Assembly: GCA_032161105.1 (NCBI GenBank)
Contig: JAVHTD010000029.1
Source of the DNA: Candidatus Thermosaccharophagus tengchongensis
Lineage (GTDB): Bacteria > Armatimonadota > Fervidibacteria > Fervidibacterales > Thermosaccharophagaceae
Length of the DNA stretch: 31,516 bases
Strand: one strand, 5' to 3'
In this document: one piece after another, positions 8,274 through 17,295 of the stretch
How the letters are laid out: each line of letters starts with the position of its first letter
Numbering within the stretch: position 1 is the stretch's first letter
Notes under the pieces: generated by a model
The model's database searches: none
What the model saw: only the letters and a program-made list of their open reading frames with translations
Told to the model about the DNA's origin: nothing
Made by a program: the position numbers and the translations under genes

Positions 8274-9548
8274 ATGCGCCAATGGGGATGTGCTTGCGCT
8301 TTGCAACCGATTAAGCTATCGGCATTCGTGATGGCGTGTATCATAGCCCTTTGGGGCTTGATTGATGTGGCTGCAAGGTCTCAAAGCGGTGGGACTAAGG
8401 GTTTGCCACCTCTGGAAGTGAAGCCGGGTGCACCACGCTTGGAGGAAGTTGCGAAGGACATTGAGGAGCCGCCGAAGGTGAATGCGCCATGCTATGTATG
8501 CCACTTGAATTATGCTGAGGAGACGCTGTCACTAACTCACGCAAGGGCGAATGTGGGCTGCATGTCGTGTCATGGGGAATCGGAGGCTCACAGGGGCGAT
8601 GAATTTAACAAGACACCACCCAATGTGATGTTCCCAAGGGATGCCATCAACGGGTTTTGCACTTCTTGCCACAAGGCTCATGACGCACCGGCTCAATCTG
8701 TCATACGGATGTGGTTTGAGAGAGCATATGGGACAAACCCGAATGAACTTGTGTGCACGGATTGCCACGGTGAGCATCGCCTCATTAGACGCAGGGTTAT
8801 GTGGGATAAGCGCACAGGCGAGTTGCTCCCCCCTGCGAAGACCAAACCACAAGCCGATGTAAAGCCCAAAGTCATTGTGAATGCCCTCATTGTCACGGGC
8901 GTTGATCATCCAGCGCACAATTGGCGTGAGACGACGCCGGCACTCGTGAAACTGCTTGAAGCCGATAAGCGCATCTCTGTCCGCGTTGTTGAAGACCCGC
9001 ATATGCTTGATTCACAGGCGTTGCATCGCTATGATGTCATCATCTTGCACTTCATGAATTGGGAGACACCATCACCGGGTTGGCTTGCACGCGAGAACAT
9101 CAAAAATTTTGTCAGCAGGGGAAGAGGGTTAGTCGTGCTCCACTTTGCATGTGGTGCATGGCAGGATTGGAGCGAGTATGTTGAGCTTGCTGGGCGCGTT
9201 TGGGATCCGAAGCTTCGCCCGCACGACCTGAGGGGTAAGTTCAAGGTTGAGATTGTAAACCCGAATCATCCGATCACAGCTGGCATGCAATCGTTTGAGA
9301 CGGATGACGAACTTTACACATGCCTCTCTGGCGAGCGCCCAGTTGAGTTGCTTGCAGTTGCGCGCTCAAAAGTTGATGGGCTTACCCACCCAATCGCCTT
9401 TGTCCACCGTTATCGCTATGGGCGCATCTTCCATTGCACGCTTGGGCATGATGCAAAAGCCCTCTCAATACCACAGGTGGGTGAGTTGCTGCGCAGGGGT
9501 GTCCTTTGGGCGGCTGGGCATTTATCAGCGGGGGAGTCTCGCATGTGA
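8274..9548 (+). CDS. Exported tetraheme c-type cytochrome fused to a C-terminal ThuA-like (class I GATase-like) domain
   Basis: Four CxxCH motifs: CYVCH 8490, CMSCH 8559, CTSCH 8658, CTDCH 8754. ThuA-like part from ~8880: LIVTG..H..HNW, FVSRGRGLVVLHFA, HPIT.G...F.T.DELY, Y.YGRIFHCTLGHD. Hydrophobic N-terminus; the true start may be 8328/8331. Confidence 0.85.
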   Translation: MRQWGCACALQPIKLSAFVMACIIALWGLIDVAARSQSGGTKGLPPLEVKPGAPRLEEVAKDIEEPPKVNAPCYVCHLNYAEETLSLTHARANVGCMSCHGESEAHRGDEFNKTPPNVMFPRDAINGFCTSCHKAHDAPAQSVIRMWFERAYGTNPNELVCTDCHGEHRLIRRRVMWDKRTGELLPPAKTKPQADVKPKVIVNALIVTGVDHPAHNWRETTPALVKLLEADKRISVRVVEDPHMLDSQALHRYDVIILHFMNWETPSPGWLARENIKNFVSRGRGLVVLHFACGAWQDWSEYVELAGRVWDPKLRPHDLRGKFKVEIVNPNHPITAGMQSFETDDELYTCLSGERPVELLAVARSKVDGLTHPIAFVHRYRYGRIFHCTLGHDAKALSIPQVGELLRRGVLWAAGHLSAGESRM

Positions 9549-9613
9549 TACAGTCGGTTCAACGGCATATAATCAACCCATTGGCTGTGTTGCCTCAAAG
9601 CCATGGGTGAGGT

Positions 9614-9622
9614 TGCTACAAT
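9614..9622 (+). promoter_or_regulatory. Candidate extended -10 promoter for pgk
   Basis: TGcTACAAT about 45 bp upstream of the pgk ATG. A second perfect TATAAT lies at 9568-9573. Confidence 0.35.
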
Positions 9623-9666
9623 ACTCATAAGGTGAAAAGCGTTTTGCCATAGGAGGGTGATGTGGG

Positions 9667-10842
9667 ATGCTTCGCAGCGTGCGAGATATGGATGTAACCA
9701 ACAAGCGTGTGCTTGTGCGGGCTGACTTTAATGTGCCTTTGAAGGATGGCGAGGTGGCGGATGATTGGCGCATAAGGGCAACGCTGCCAACAATCCAACA
9801 CTTGATTGAGCGCGGCGCAAAGGTCATTCTGATGTCGCACCTTGGGAGACCGAAAGGGAAGGTGGTTGATGAACTTCGCCTTGACCCTGTAGCAAAGCGC
9901 CTCTCGGAATTGCTCGGCAAGCCAGTGAGGAAACTCAACGACTGCATCGGGAGCGAGGTTGAAGCCGCAGTAGCTCAGATGCAACCCGGGGATGTCATCC
10001 TGCTTGAGAATGTGCGCTTTTACAGGGGCGAGGAGGAGAACGACGCTGAGTTTGCAAGGCGGCTTGCGAGCCTCGGCGACCTTTATGTCAACGATGCTTT
10101 TGGAGCTGCGCATAGAGCACATGCATCCGTGCACGCCATAACGCAGTTCCTTCCGAGTGCAGCCGGATTGCTCATGGAGAAGGAAGTTGAGAACTTATCA
10201 CGCTTGCTTGAGGCACCGCAACGCCCATTTGCGGCAGTCCTCGGCGGTGTCAAAGTCTCTGACAAGATTGGCGTCATCAGGAATTTGATGAAGCGGGTTG
10301 ATAGCTTGCTCATAGGCGGCGCTATGGCTTACACATTCTTCAGGGCGCAGGGATTGCAAACAGGGCGCTCGCTCGTTGAAGAGGACAAGATTGAGCTCGC
10401 AAGGCAGTTGCTTGATGAGGCAAATCAGTCCGGCGTTAGGCTTATGTTGCCCGAGGATGTAGTCGTCGCCGATAGGGATGCCGAGGATGCAACAACTAAA
10501 GTTGTGCCAAGCGATCAAATACCCGAAGACATGATGGGCATGGACATTGGTCCAAACACAAGGCAACGGTATGCAGCTGCAATTCGTGAGGCAGCCACTG
10601 TCTTTTGGAATGGACCAATGGGGCGATTTGAAGTTGAGATATTCTCGGAGGGAACAAAGGCAATCGCACAGGCACTCACCGAGTGCAAAGGCGTCACTGT
10701 AGTTGGTGGCGGTGAGACAGCAGCGGCTGCAATCCAATATGGCATTGCCGAAAAGGTAACGCATGTCTCCACAGGCGGTGGCGCTGCGCTTGAATTCCTT
10801 GAAGGCAGACAACTACCCGGAGTTGAAGTCCTGCGAACTTAA
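9667..10842 (+). CDS. pgk: Phosphoglycerate kinase
   Basis: KRVLVRADFNVP, SHLGRPKG, LLENVRF, YVNDAFGAAHRAHAS, WNGPMG and HVSTGGGAALEFLEG; AGGAGG RBS. Confidence 0.99.
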   Translation: MLRSVRDMDVTNKRVLVRADFNVPLKDGEVADDWRIRATLPTIQHLIERGAKVILMSHLGRPKGKVVDELRLDPVAKRLSELLGKPVRKLNDCIGSEVEAAVAQMQPGDVILLENVRFYRGEEENDAEFARRLASLGDLYVNDAFGAAHRAHASVHAITQFLPSAAGLLMEKEVENLSRLLEAPQRPFAAVLGGVKVSDKIGVIRNLMKRVDSLLIGGAMAYTFFRAQGLQTGRSLVEEDKIELARQLLDEANQSGVRLMLPEDVVVADRDAEDATTKVVPSDQIPEDMMGMDIGPNTRQRYAAAIREAATVFWNGPMGRFEVEIFSEGTKAIAQALTECKGVTVVGGGETAAAAIQYGIAEKVTHVSTGGGAALEFLEGRQLPGVEVLRT

Positions 10843-10874
10843 GGCTGCCTCAAAGCCCGCTTAAATTCAGCGAT

Positions 10875-11771
10875 GTGAGTTGCGCAAAGATAAGGCTTGA
10901 TGGTGCCACCAAGATGCGCGATGCCATCAAGTATTGCCGCGACATCATCACATCCCTTGGTGCGGAGAGCTGCTTTGTAAATTGCGGCAATGCTCAAATT
11001 CACTACGCCCGGTCTGGCGCTGGCGATGCCGTTGTATTGCTTCATGGCTTTGGTGCATGGGCATATGGATGGCGAAACCAGATTACGGCACTGAGGGATG
11101 AGTTCCGCTTGCTCGCGGTTGATTTGAAGGGGTTTGGGCTGTCAACACGCTCGCTGCGCACAAGCTACTCAGTTGAAGCACACGCGGAAGCCGTAATGTA
11201 TGTCCTTGAACATGAGGGGATTGAGAGGGCTGTCATAGTTGGCAATTCATTTGGCGGCACAGTTGGGCTCACGATGGCAGCACTCTTTCCCGAGAGGGTG
11301 AAGGCGCTCATATTGCTCGGGGCGCCGTTCAGGATTGAGCTCCCAAAGTTGCCACCGTTGCTTTTTGTGCCACTCATAGGACCGAAGCTTGCCGAGTGGA
11401 AGTTGTTCAACGAAGAGGGTGTGGAGGATGTGATGCGATTCAATTACGCTAACCACAGCATCATCACGGAGGAGGCGATCAAATCATACCTTGCGCCATT
11501 GCGCATAAGAGGCACCGCATATGCATGGGCTAAGATGCTCCGCCAAATTGATGGCTTTGATCTCTCGCAGAGGCTGTCACAGGTGACGCAGCCTTCCTTG
11601 CTCATTTGGGGCGAGCTTGATAAAACTGTGCCAATCCAAGTTGGGGTGGAGTTGCAAACACGCTTGAAGGGAGCACACATGAGGGTGCTCCGCGATATAG
11701 GGCATGCGCCACATGAGGAGTGCCCTCAACTCGTGAATGAATTGATGCGCGAGTTCATTGCAGCTGTTTAA
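10875..11771 (+). CDS. Alpha/beta fold hydrolase
   Basis: LLHGFG oxyanion loop, DLKGFGLS, GNSFGG nucleophile elbow, WGELD acid and GHAPHEE catalytic His. The start may be ATG 10914. Confidence 0.93.
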   Translation: MSCAKIRLDGATKMRDAIKYCRDIITSLGAESCFVNCGNAQIHYARSGAGDAVVLLHGFGAWAYGWRNQITALRDEFRLLAVDLKGFGLSTRSLRTSYSVEAHAEAVMYVLEHEGIERAVIVGNSFGGTVGLTMAALFPERVKALILLGAPFRIELPKLPPLLFVPLIGPKLAEWKLFNEEGVEDVMRFNYANHSIITEEAIKSYLAPLRIRGTAYAWAKMLRQIDGFDLSQRLSQVTQPSLLIWGELDKTVPIQVGVELQTRLKGAHMRVLRDIGHAPHEECPQLVNELMREFIAAV

Positions 11772-11874
11772 CCGAATGATTTGCCAAACATTGGCTCGTG
11801 TTAACATAACCTGAAAGGGGTCATGTGAGGGCATCTTCAAAAGCAGGCTATCAATGCTACGGGGGTGGATTATC

Positions 11875-13116
11875 ATGCGCACGCTCGTCATTTATGAGGA
11901 TGAGATGGCTCGCAACTTCTTCCCGATGACATACCTTCGTCCAGTGTATGAGCTGCGCTGCGGTGCGCTTACATTACGCCAGAAAGCCGAAATGCGCATA
12001 CCGCACGATGCCGAAGCGCTCTTTTGTCGGGGTTACCTGTCGGAGGTGATGCGGGAGCGCTCGGGAGCAATCGTTAATGACCTTTCACAGGTAAGCGGCG
12101 ATGTCGTCCTCGTAAATGGGCGAGCTGTCGTCTCCAATGATGTGGCGAAGAAGGTGGCAGAGTTGCAGCATGGCGAGGCGTTGGTCAATTCCAACGGTGA
12201 GCTTGTGGTTGCAATCGTTGACAGCGCAAAGCTTGATTGGTTGCGCAATGAACCAGTTGGGGCGGATGAATGGCGTCAAATGAACTTGCGTGAGGTTGCA
12301 ACGGAGGCAGTAGTGCTTGATTACCTATGGCGCATACCAGTGCTGCTTGAGGAGAGCGATGTCATCGCCGATGACATAGCTTTGCTATCATCGCAAGCCA
12401 GGTTAAGCGCGCCGCCAAGCGGCGTCCTCACATACGGCGATGACATCTTCATTGAGGAGGGCGCACGAATTTATGGTGGCGTAGTCATATCGGCTGAGGA
12501 TGGACCGGTGTTCATCTCCTCAGGTGCTTCAATTACTCCGCCCACTTTCATCCAGGGACCTTCATTCATCGGCGCAAAGACACATGTTGATGGCGCTAAG
12601 ATACGCCCCGGAACTGTCCTCGGTCCGGTTTGCCGAATTGGCGGGGAAGTTGAGGCAACGGTCATACACGGTTATTCAAACAAGCATCATGACGGCTTCA
12701 TTGGGCACTCATACATCGGTGAGTGGGTGAACATTGGCGCAATGACAACATGCAGCGACCTCAAGAACAACTACAGCAGCGTGAGGGTGTGGGTGAACGG
12801 GGAGGTGGTTGATACTGGCGAACTCAAGATAGGTTGCTTCATAGGCGACCATAGCAAGCTCGGTATCGGTGTTATGCTCACCACTGGCGCCGTCATCGGA
12901 ATTGCATGCAACATCTACGGGGCTGAGGTGACGCCCAAGTTTGTCCCATCATTCTCGTGGGGCAATTCTGAAGAGGGCTTTGTGGTCCATGAGCTTGACA
13001 AGGCGATAGCTACGGCGAGAAGGATGATGAGCAGGAGGAAGGTTGAGCTGACGCCGGCTGAGGAGGCTTTACTGAAAACGGTTTTTGAGCTGACGGCTCG
13101 CGAGAGACAAAAGTGA
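11875..13116 (+). CDS. GlmU-like putative sugar nucleotidyltransferase with left-handed beta-helix domain (Bacteroidetes-type alternative GlmU family)
   Basis: FFPMTYLRPVYELRCGALTL N-terminus, hexapeptide repeats, SNKHHDGFIGHSYIGEWVNIGA, SDLKNNY, KFVPSFSWG and ARRMMSRR. ATG 11875 follows GGGGGTGG. Confidence 0.85.
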   Translation: MRTLVIYEDEMARNFFPMTYLRPVYELRCGALTLRQKAEMRIPHDAEALFCRGYLSEVMRERSGAIVNDLSQVSGDVVLVNGRAVVSNDVAKKVAELQHGEALVNSNGELVVAIVDSAKLDWLRNEPVGADEWRQMNLREVATEAVVLDYLWRIPVLLEESDVIADDIALLSSQARLSAPPSGVLTYGDDIFIEEGARIYGGVVISAEDGPVFISSGASITPPTFIQGPSFIGAKTHVDGAKIRPGTVLGPVCRIGGEVEATVIHGYSNKHHDGFIGHSYIGEWVNIGAMTTCSDLKNNYSSVRVWVNGEVVDTGELKIGCFIGDHSKLGIGVMLTTGAVIGIACNIYGAEVTPKFVPSFSWGNSEEGFVVHELDKAIATARRMMSRRKVELTPAEEALLKTVFELTARERQK

Positions 13117-13235
13117 ACTTTCGCATGTGAGTGCTCTTCGTGCCCGCCGGCGTGTGATGCTCTCCCTTCGCCAATAGAGGCAGGCACAGCATTGCTGCAT
13201 TTGCAGCCAACCGATGAGCTTGAGGGGGCAGGGTG

Positions 13236-14429
13236 ATGTCTTGGTTCGTCAAGCCGGGAATGCCGTTTAAGCAAGTGAGTGAATTGCTCAACAGGCACTA
13301 CAAGGAGATTGAGGGCGGCGGTGGTGAAAAGTTTTACCTTGTCTGTGGTGAGGAAAGTTTCCTTGTGCATCGCGTTGCGAGACGACTTGCATCGGCATTC
13401 ACATCGGAGGAACTCAGCCCGGAGCGCGTGACGGTGCTTGAAGGGGATGAGGCAACTGGTGCGGCAGTTTCAAAGGCTCTCTTGGGAGGGCGCTTTGATG
13501 CGTTGTTTGGGGAACGCCATGTAGTTATTGTGCGCAACCCAATTTTCATTGAGGCTTCGGTTGCGGATGGCGCAACGCGCAGGAAGATAAGGTTGTGGCA
13601 ATCTGAGGAGTTGTCACGCGTGCTCTCGGTGATTCAAAGCGGGCTCCCAGATTGCACTGTCTTGATACTCGCAATTGATGCACCTATGGATGAAAGCCAT
13701 CCAGCCGTTCAAGCCGCATTTAAGTGTGGCGTTGCGATTTTTCTGGGCAAGTTGAAGCAGCGTGAGCTGTCCTTTTTCGTTGAATCAATTTGCAAGCGCT
13801 TGGGTGTGCGCATACAGCGTGATGCCATCGGCGAGCTGCTCCTGAGAGCTGGGGATGACCTTTGGCAGATAAATTCCGAGCTTGAGAAGTTGGCGTGCTA
13901 TGTTGGTGAGCGGCGCGAGATAACGGTTGAAGATGTGCGTGAAGTTTCACCATCGCTAACCGGTGATGTCTTTAAGCTCATCGGGTTCCTGATGAGTGGT
14001 GACCTGGTTGGTGCTCGTTCCTTAATGGCAAGGTTACTCGCTTCAAGGGAACCGTTGGTCAGGATAATTCATGTGCTTGCGCGCCAATACCGCCTGTTGC
14101 TTCAAGCGAGGTGGCTAATTGACATCGGGGCTGTCACAAGGGCGCAGCTTGCGCTTTTGTCGCAGGATCTGCAGGAGCACTTGCACAGCAAACTAACAGA
14201 AGTGATACGATCACGCCTACCAAAGGGTGAGCGATTAAGCCTGCTTTCGCAACACCCATACGCCATAAAGGTTTTGCTGGAACAGGCGTCATCGCACACC
14301 ATGAGCCACATCGTTAACTCCATCATGATATTGCGCGACGCCGATGTCGCTTTAAAGACGAGCGGCATGAAAGAGGAAGAGGTAGCTGATTGGCTCGTCA
14401 TCAGGTTGTGTCACCTCTCGCACTCATAG
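13236..14429 (+). CDS. holA: DNA polymerase III delta subunit
   Basis: FYLVCGEESFL, LFGERHVVIVR, GDDLWQINSELEKLACY, ITVEDV, VFKL, QHPY and DVALKTSG. Confidence 0.9.
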   Translation: MSWFVKPGMPFKQVSELLNRHYKEIEGGGGEKFYLVCGEESFLVHRVARRLASAFTSEELSPERVTVLEGDEATGAAVSKALLGGRFDALFGERHVVIVRNPIFIEASVADGATRRKIRLWQSEELSRVLSVIQSGLPDCTVLILAIDAPMDESHPAVQAAFKCGVAIFLGKLKQRELSFFVESICKRLGVRIQRDAIGELLLRAGDDLWQINSELEKLACYVGERREITVEDVREVSPSLTGDVFKLIGFLMSGDLVGARSLMARLLASREPLVRIIHVLARQYRLLLQARWLIDIGAVTRAQLALLSQDLQEHLHSKLTEVIRSRLPKGERLSLLSQHPYAIKVLLEQASSHTMSHIVNSIMILRDADVALKTSGMKEEEVADWLVIRLCHLSHS

Positions 14430-14471
14430 GGGAGCATAAACCCATAGCCGTATGGGGGCATCCAAACCGAT

Positions 14472-15692
14472 ATGCTCGCAATAAGATACGATAGAAGACC
14501 GCTTTCCTATTTGCTTATCCGCCTCATCGGGAAGCGCTTTCCGCACCTCTGCATTGGCTGGTGGGCGCCAACGCGCTTAATGGATGTCCCTGAGCCAGCT
14601 TTGCCGTCGCCACATTGGGTGAAAGTGAGGACATTACTTGCTGGGATATGCGGCTCGGACATGGATGTGATTACGGGGCGAAGCAGCTTATACTTTTCGG
14701 CATTAACCTCTTATCCGTTCATCTTGGGGCACGAGGCAGTTGGTGAGGTTGTTGAAGTTGGCAGCATGGTGCACAAGGTGCGCGTCGGCGACAGGGTTGT
14801 GCTTGAACCGGTGTTGAGTTGTCCTGTGAGGGAGACAAAGCCATGCTCGTATTGTGAGTGTGGGCTATATGGCAACTGTGAGCGCATAACGGAGGGCATC
14901 ATATCAAAGGGGGTTCAGACGGGATATTGCCGTGACACTGGCGGTGCGTGGGGGAAGTTCTTCGTTGCACATGAGCATCAGTTGCATTTAGTCCCCCATG
15001 ATATGCAGGATGAGGCAGCAGTGCTGGCAGAGCCGCTCGCATGCGCGATGCATGCTGTCTTGCGAGCGCGCCCACAAAAGGGTTTTAAGGTTCTCGTTAT
15101 CGGTTGCGGAACTATGGGTTTGATGACGATAAAAGCGCTCAGGCTGTTCGGATTTGATGACCATATAACTGCTGTGGCTAAATATGCGCACCAGCGTGAA
15201 TGGGCAAGGCGGCTTGGCGCAGATGCCGTCGTCAAGCCCGACGGCAAACAAGATGGCGAATTGAGCGCTATCACAGGCGCAAAGGTGCTAAGGGGGGAGC
15301 TCGGCAGCAAGGTTGTCATTGGCGGGTATGACATTGTGTTTGACTGCGTGGCTTCGTCAAAGACAATCAGTGATGCTTTGCAGTGGGCAAAGGCTCGCGG
15401 CAGGGTCATACTTGTTGGCATGCCGGCGATCCCGAGGGGAATTGATTGGGCACCAATATGGCATAAGGAGTTGCAGGTGATCGGAACATACACATACGGT
15501 GTGGAGAGCGTGCGAGGAGCGCGCATCCGCACGATTGAGATGAGCATCGAAGTGCTAAAGGAGAATTGGCGTGAGCTCCGTCAACTGCTAACGCACACAT
15601 TTCCATTGACCAGCTGCAGGAAGGCAATAGCTGTCAGCGCCCACCCGGGCAAGTATGGAGCGATAAAGGTCGCGTTTGACATGCGGGTGTAA
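14472..15692 (+). CDS. Zinc-dependent medium-chain dehydrogenase/reductase
   Basis: GICGSD, GHEAVGEV, structural Zn Cys cluster (C...CSYCECG.YGNC), EPLACAMH and Rossmann GCGTMG. Confidence 0.93.
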   Translation: MLAIRYDRRPLSYLLIRLIGKRFPHLCIGWWAPTRLMDVPEPALPSPHWVKVRTLLAGICGSDMDVITGRSSLYFSALTSYPFILGHEAVGEVVEVGSMVHKVRVGDRVVLEPVLSCPVRETKPCSYCECGLYGNCERITEGIISKGVQTGYCRDTGGAWGKFFVAHEHQLHLVPHDMQDEAAVLAEPLACAMHAVLRARPQKGFKVLVIGCGTMGLMTIKALRLFGFDDHITAVAKYAHQREWARRLGADAVVKPDGKQDGELSAITGAKVLRGELGSKVVIGGYDIVFDCVASSKTISDALQWAKARGRVILVGMPAIPRGIDWAPIWHKELQVIGTYTYGVESVRGARIRTIEMSIEVLKENWRELRQLLTHTFPLTSCRKAIAVSAHPGKYGAIKVAFDMRV

Positions 15693-15735
15693 TGAAGCCT
15701 TTCAAATTCACCCCATTGGAGGTTGAGCTTGCGCT

Positions 15736-17265
15736 GTGGGAGGTATCGTTTGGATTGTCGGTGCCGGTCCAGGCGATGTCGGTCTTATGACGATGCGCGC
15801 ATATGAATGTGTGAGCCAAGCCGATTGCGTTGTATATGATAGGCTCGTGAACAAAGCCATATTGCGATATGCGAGAAGAGATGCCGAATTGATCTTCGTC
15901 GGGAAGGAGCCATCAAGGCATTCGCTTTCTCAGGAGCAGATCAATCAGCTCATCATAGCTAAGGTCAAAAGCGGCTTGAAGGTTTGCAGGCTTAAGGGCG
16001 GTGACCCATTCATCTTTGGGCGCGGTGGTGAGGAGGTTGAAGCGCTTGCCGATGCGGGGGTGGCTTTTGAGGTTATCCCCGGCGTCTCTTCATTCCATGC
16101 AGTGCCAGCATATGCCGGCATACCGCTTACCGATAGAAGGTTTTCATCATCGGTGGCGATCGTCACCGGGCATGAGGCGGATGATGGGAAGGAAGTTCGT
16201 TGGGAGCAAATTGCCAAGTCAGTTGACACCATAGTCGTGCTCATGTGCGTTGAGCGACTCCATGACATCACCTCAAGGTTGATGTGTGGCGGATTAAAGC
16301 CGTCAACTCCTGCGGCGTTGATTGAGCATGGCACATTGCCATCGCAAAGGGTCATCGTCAGCGTGCTCGGCTCAATTGCAGAGGATGCGCGTAGGCAAAA
16401 TGTTCATCCACCAGCTGTGCTCGTTGTCGGGGATGTGGTCAATCTGCGCACAAAGCTTTCATGGTTTGAAAAGAGACCGCTCTTTGGCATGCGCATACTT
16501 GTGCTGAGGGATGAGGAGAGGGGCTTTGAAGTAGCGCGAATGTTTGAGATGCACGGCGGCAATGTCATTTGCCTTCCGGTGTTGAACATTGAGCCGCTCA
16601 GCGATACGCCAAAGATGCGTTCCGCAGTTCGCAGGCTTTCTCGCGGGCATTACGACTGGGTTCTCTTCACGAGCGCAAACGGAGTCAGGTCATTTTTCAC
16701 AGCGCTCTATTCACTCGGCATGGATGCGAGGGCATTTGGCTCAACAAAGGTGTGCGCAATTGGGGATGCAACGGCAAAGGAGCTGTTGGCACACGGAATC
16801 ATAGCGGATGCAATCCCGCAGCAATTCACAACAGAGGCTGCAGCATCTATGCTCATGGATATCGGTATCAAAGGGACACGCATCTTACTCCCGAGGGCTT
16901 ATGGCACCACGAGAGAGCTTGCAAATCGGCTGTCAAGAGCCGGCGCTGTCGTGCATGAGGTGGCTGCGTATCGCGTTAACCCTAACAGGTCCCTCAGCCC
17001 AGATGAGATTGAGGGGGCGTTATCAAGCCGGATTGACATCGCCTGCTTTACAAGCCCCTCATCTCTAAACTTCCTCTTTGAGCTTGCCGGGAGGGAGAGG
17101 GTTCTTTCTGCGTTGAGCAATGCAGTGGTTGCGTGTATCGGTCCCGTAACTGCAGCTCATGTAGCGAAACACGGCTTGCCGGTCAGCATCATCGCCTCAA
17201 GTCATACAGCGCAAGGGTTGGTTGATTCAGTGATTGAATTTGCTAAGCGGTTGAGGGAGCAGTAA
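15736..17265 (+). CDS. cobA: Uroporphyrinogen-III C-methyltransferase / uroporphyrinogen-III synthase fusion (CobA-HemD)
   Basis: VGAGPGD, YDRLV, RLKGGDPFIFGRGGEE, AYAGIPLTDR, linker WFEKRPLFG, then HemD motifs FTSANGV, FTSPSS and CIGPVTA. GGAGG RBS. Confidence 0.95.
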   Translation: MGGIVWIVGAGPGDVGLMTMRAYECVSQADCVVYDRLVNKAILRYARRDAELIFVGKEPSRHSLSQEQINQLIIAKVKSGLKVCRLKGGDPFIFGRGGEEVEALADAGVAFEVIPGVSSFHAVPAYAGIPLTDRRFSSSVAIVTGHEADDGKEVRWEQIAKSVDTIVVLMCVERLHDITSRLMCGGLKPSTPAALIEHGTLPSQRVIVSVLGSIAEDARRQNVHPPAVLVVGDVVNLRTKLSWFEKRPLFGMRILVLRDEERGFEVARMFEMHGGNVICLPVLNIEPLSDTPKMRSAVRRLSRGHYDWVLFTSANGVRSFFTALYSLGMDARAFGSTKVCAIGDATAKELLAHGIIADAIPQQFTTEAAASMLMDIGIKGTRILLPRAYGTTRELANRLSRAGAVVHEVAAYRVNPNRSLSPDEIEGALSSRIDIACFTSPSSLNFLFELAGRERVLSALSNAVVACIGPVTAAHVAKHGLPVSIIASSHTAQGLVDSVIEFAKRLREQ

Positions 17266-17295
17266 GCGGTTGTGAGTTTGAGCGATTGGTTCCCA

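Noticed and set aside
9573..10812. Long antisense ORFs over pgk, and similar shadow ORFs (e.g. 14978-15547, 17717-18199, 29715-30158, 30614-31288)
   Set aside because: They lie opposite well-supported genes and show no recognisable motifs; they are expected shadows of codon bias.
14441..14456. CCCATA-GCCG-TATGGG hairpin after holA as a terminator
   Set aside because: Only a 6-bp stem with no U-tract, and it overlaps the likely RBS region of the next gene; too weak to call.
15736..17265. CobA-HemD fusion as a novelty or as part of the cytochrome locus
   Set aside because: This fusion is well known and widespread, and it lies 6 kb from the cytochrome gene among unrelated housekeeping genes.
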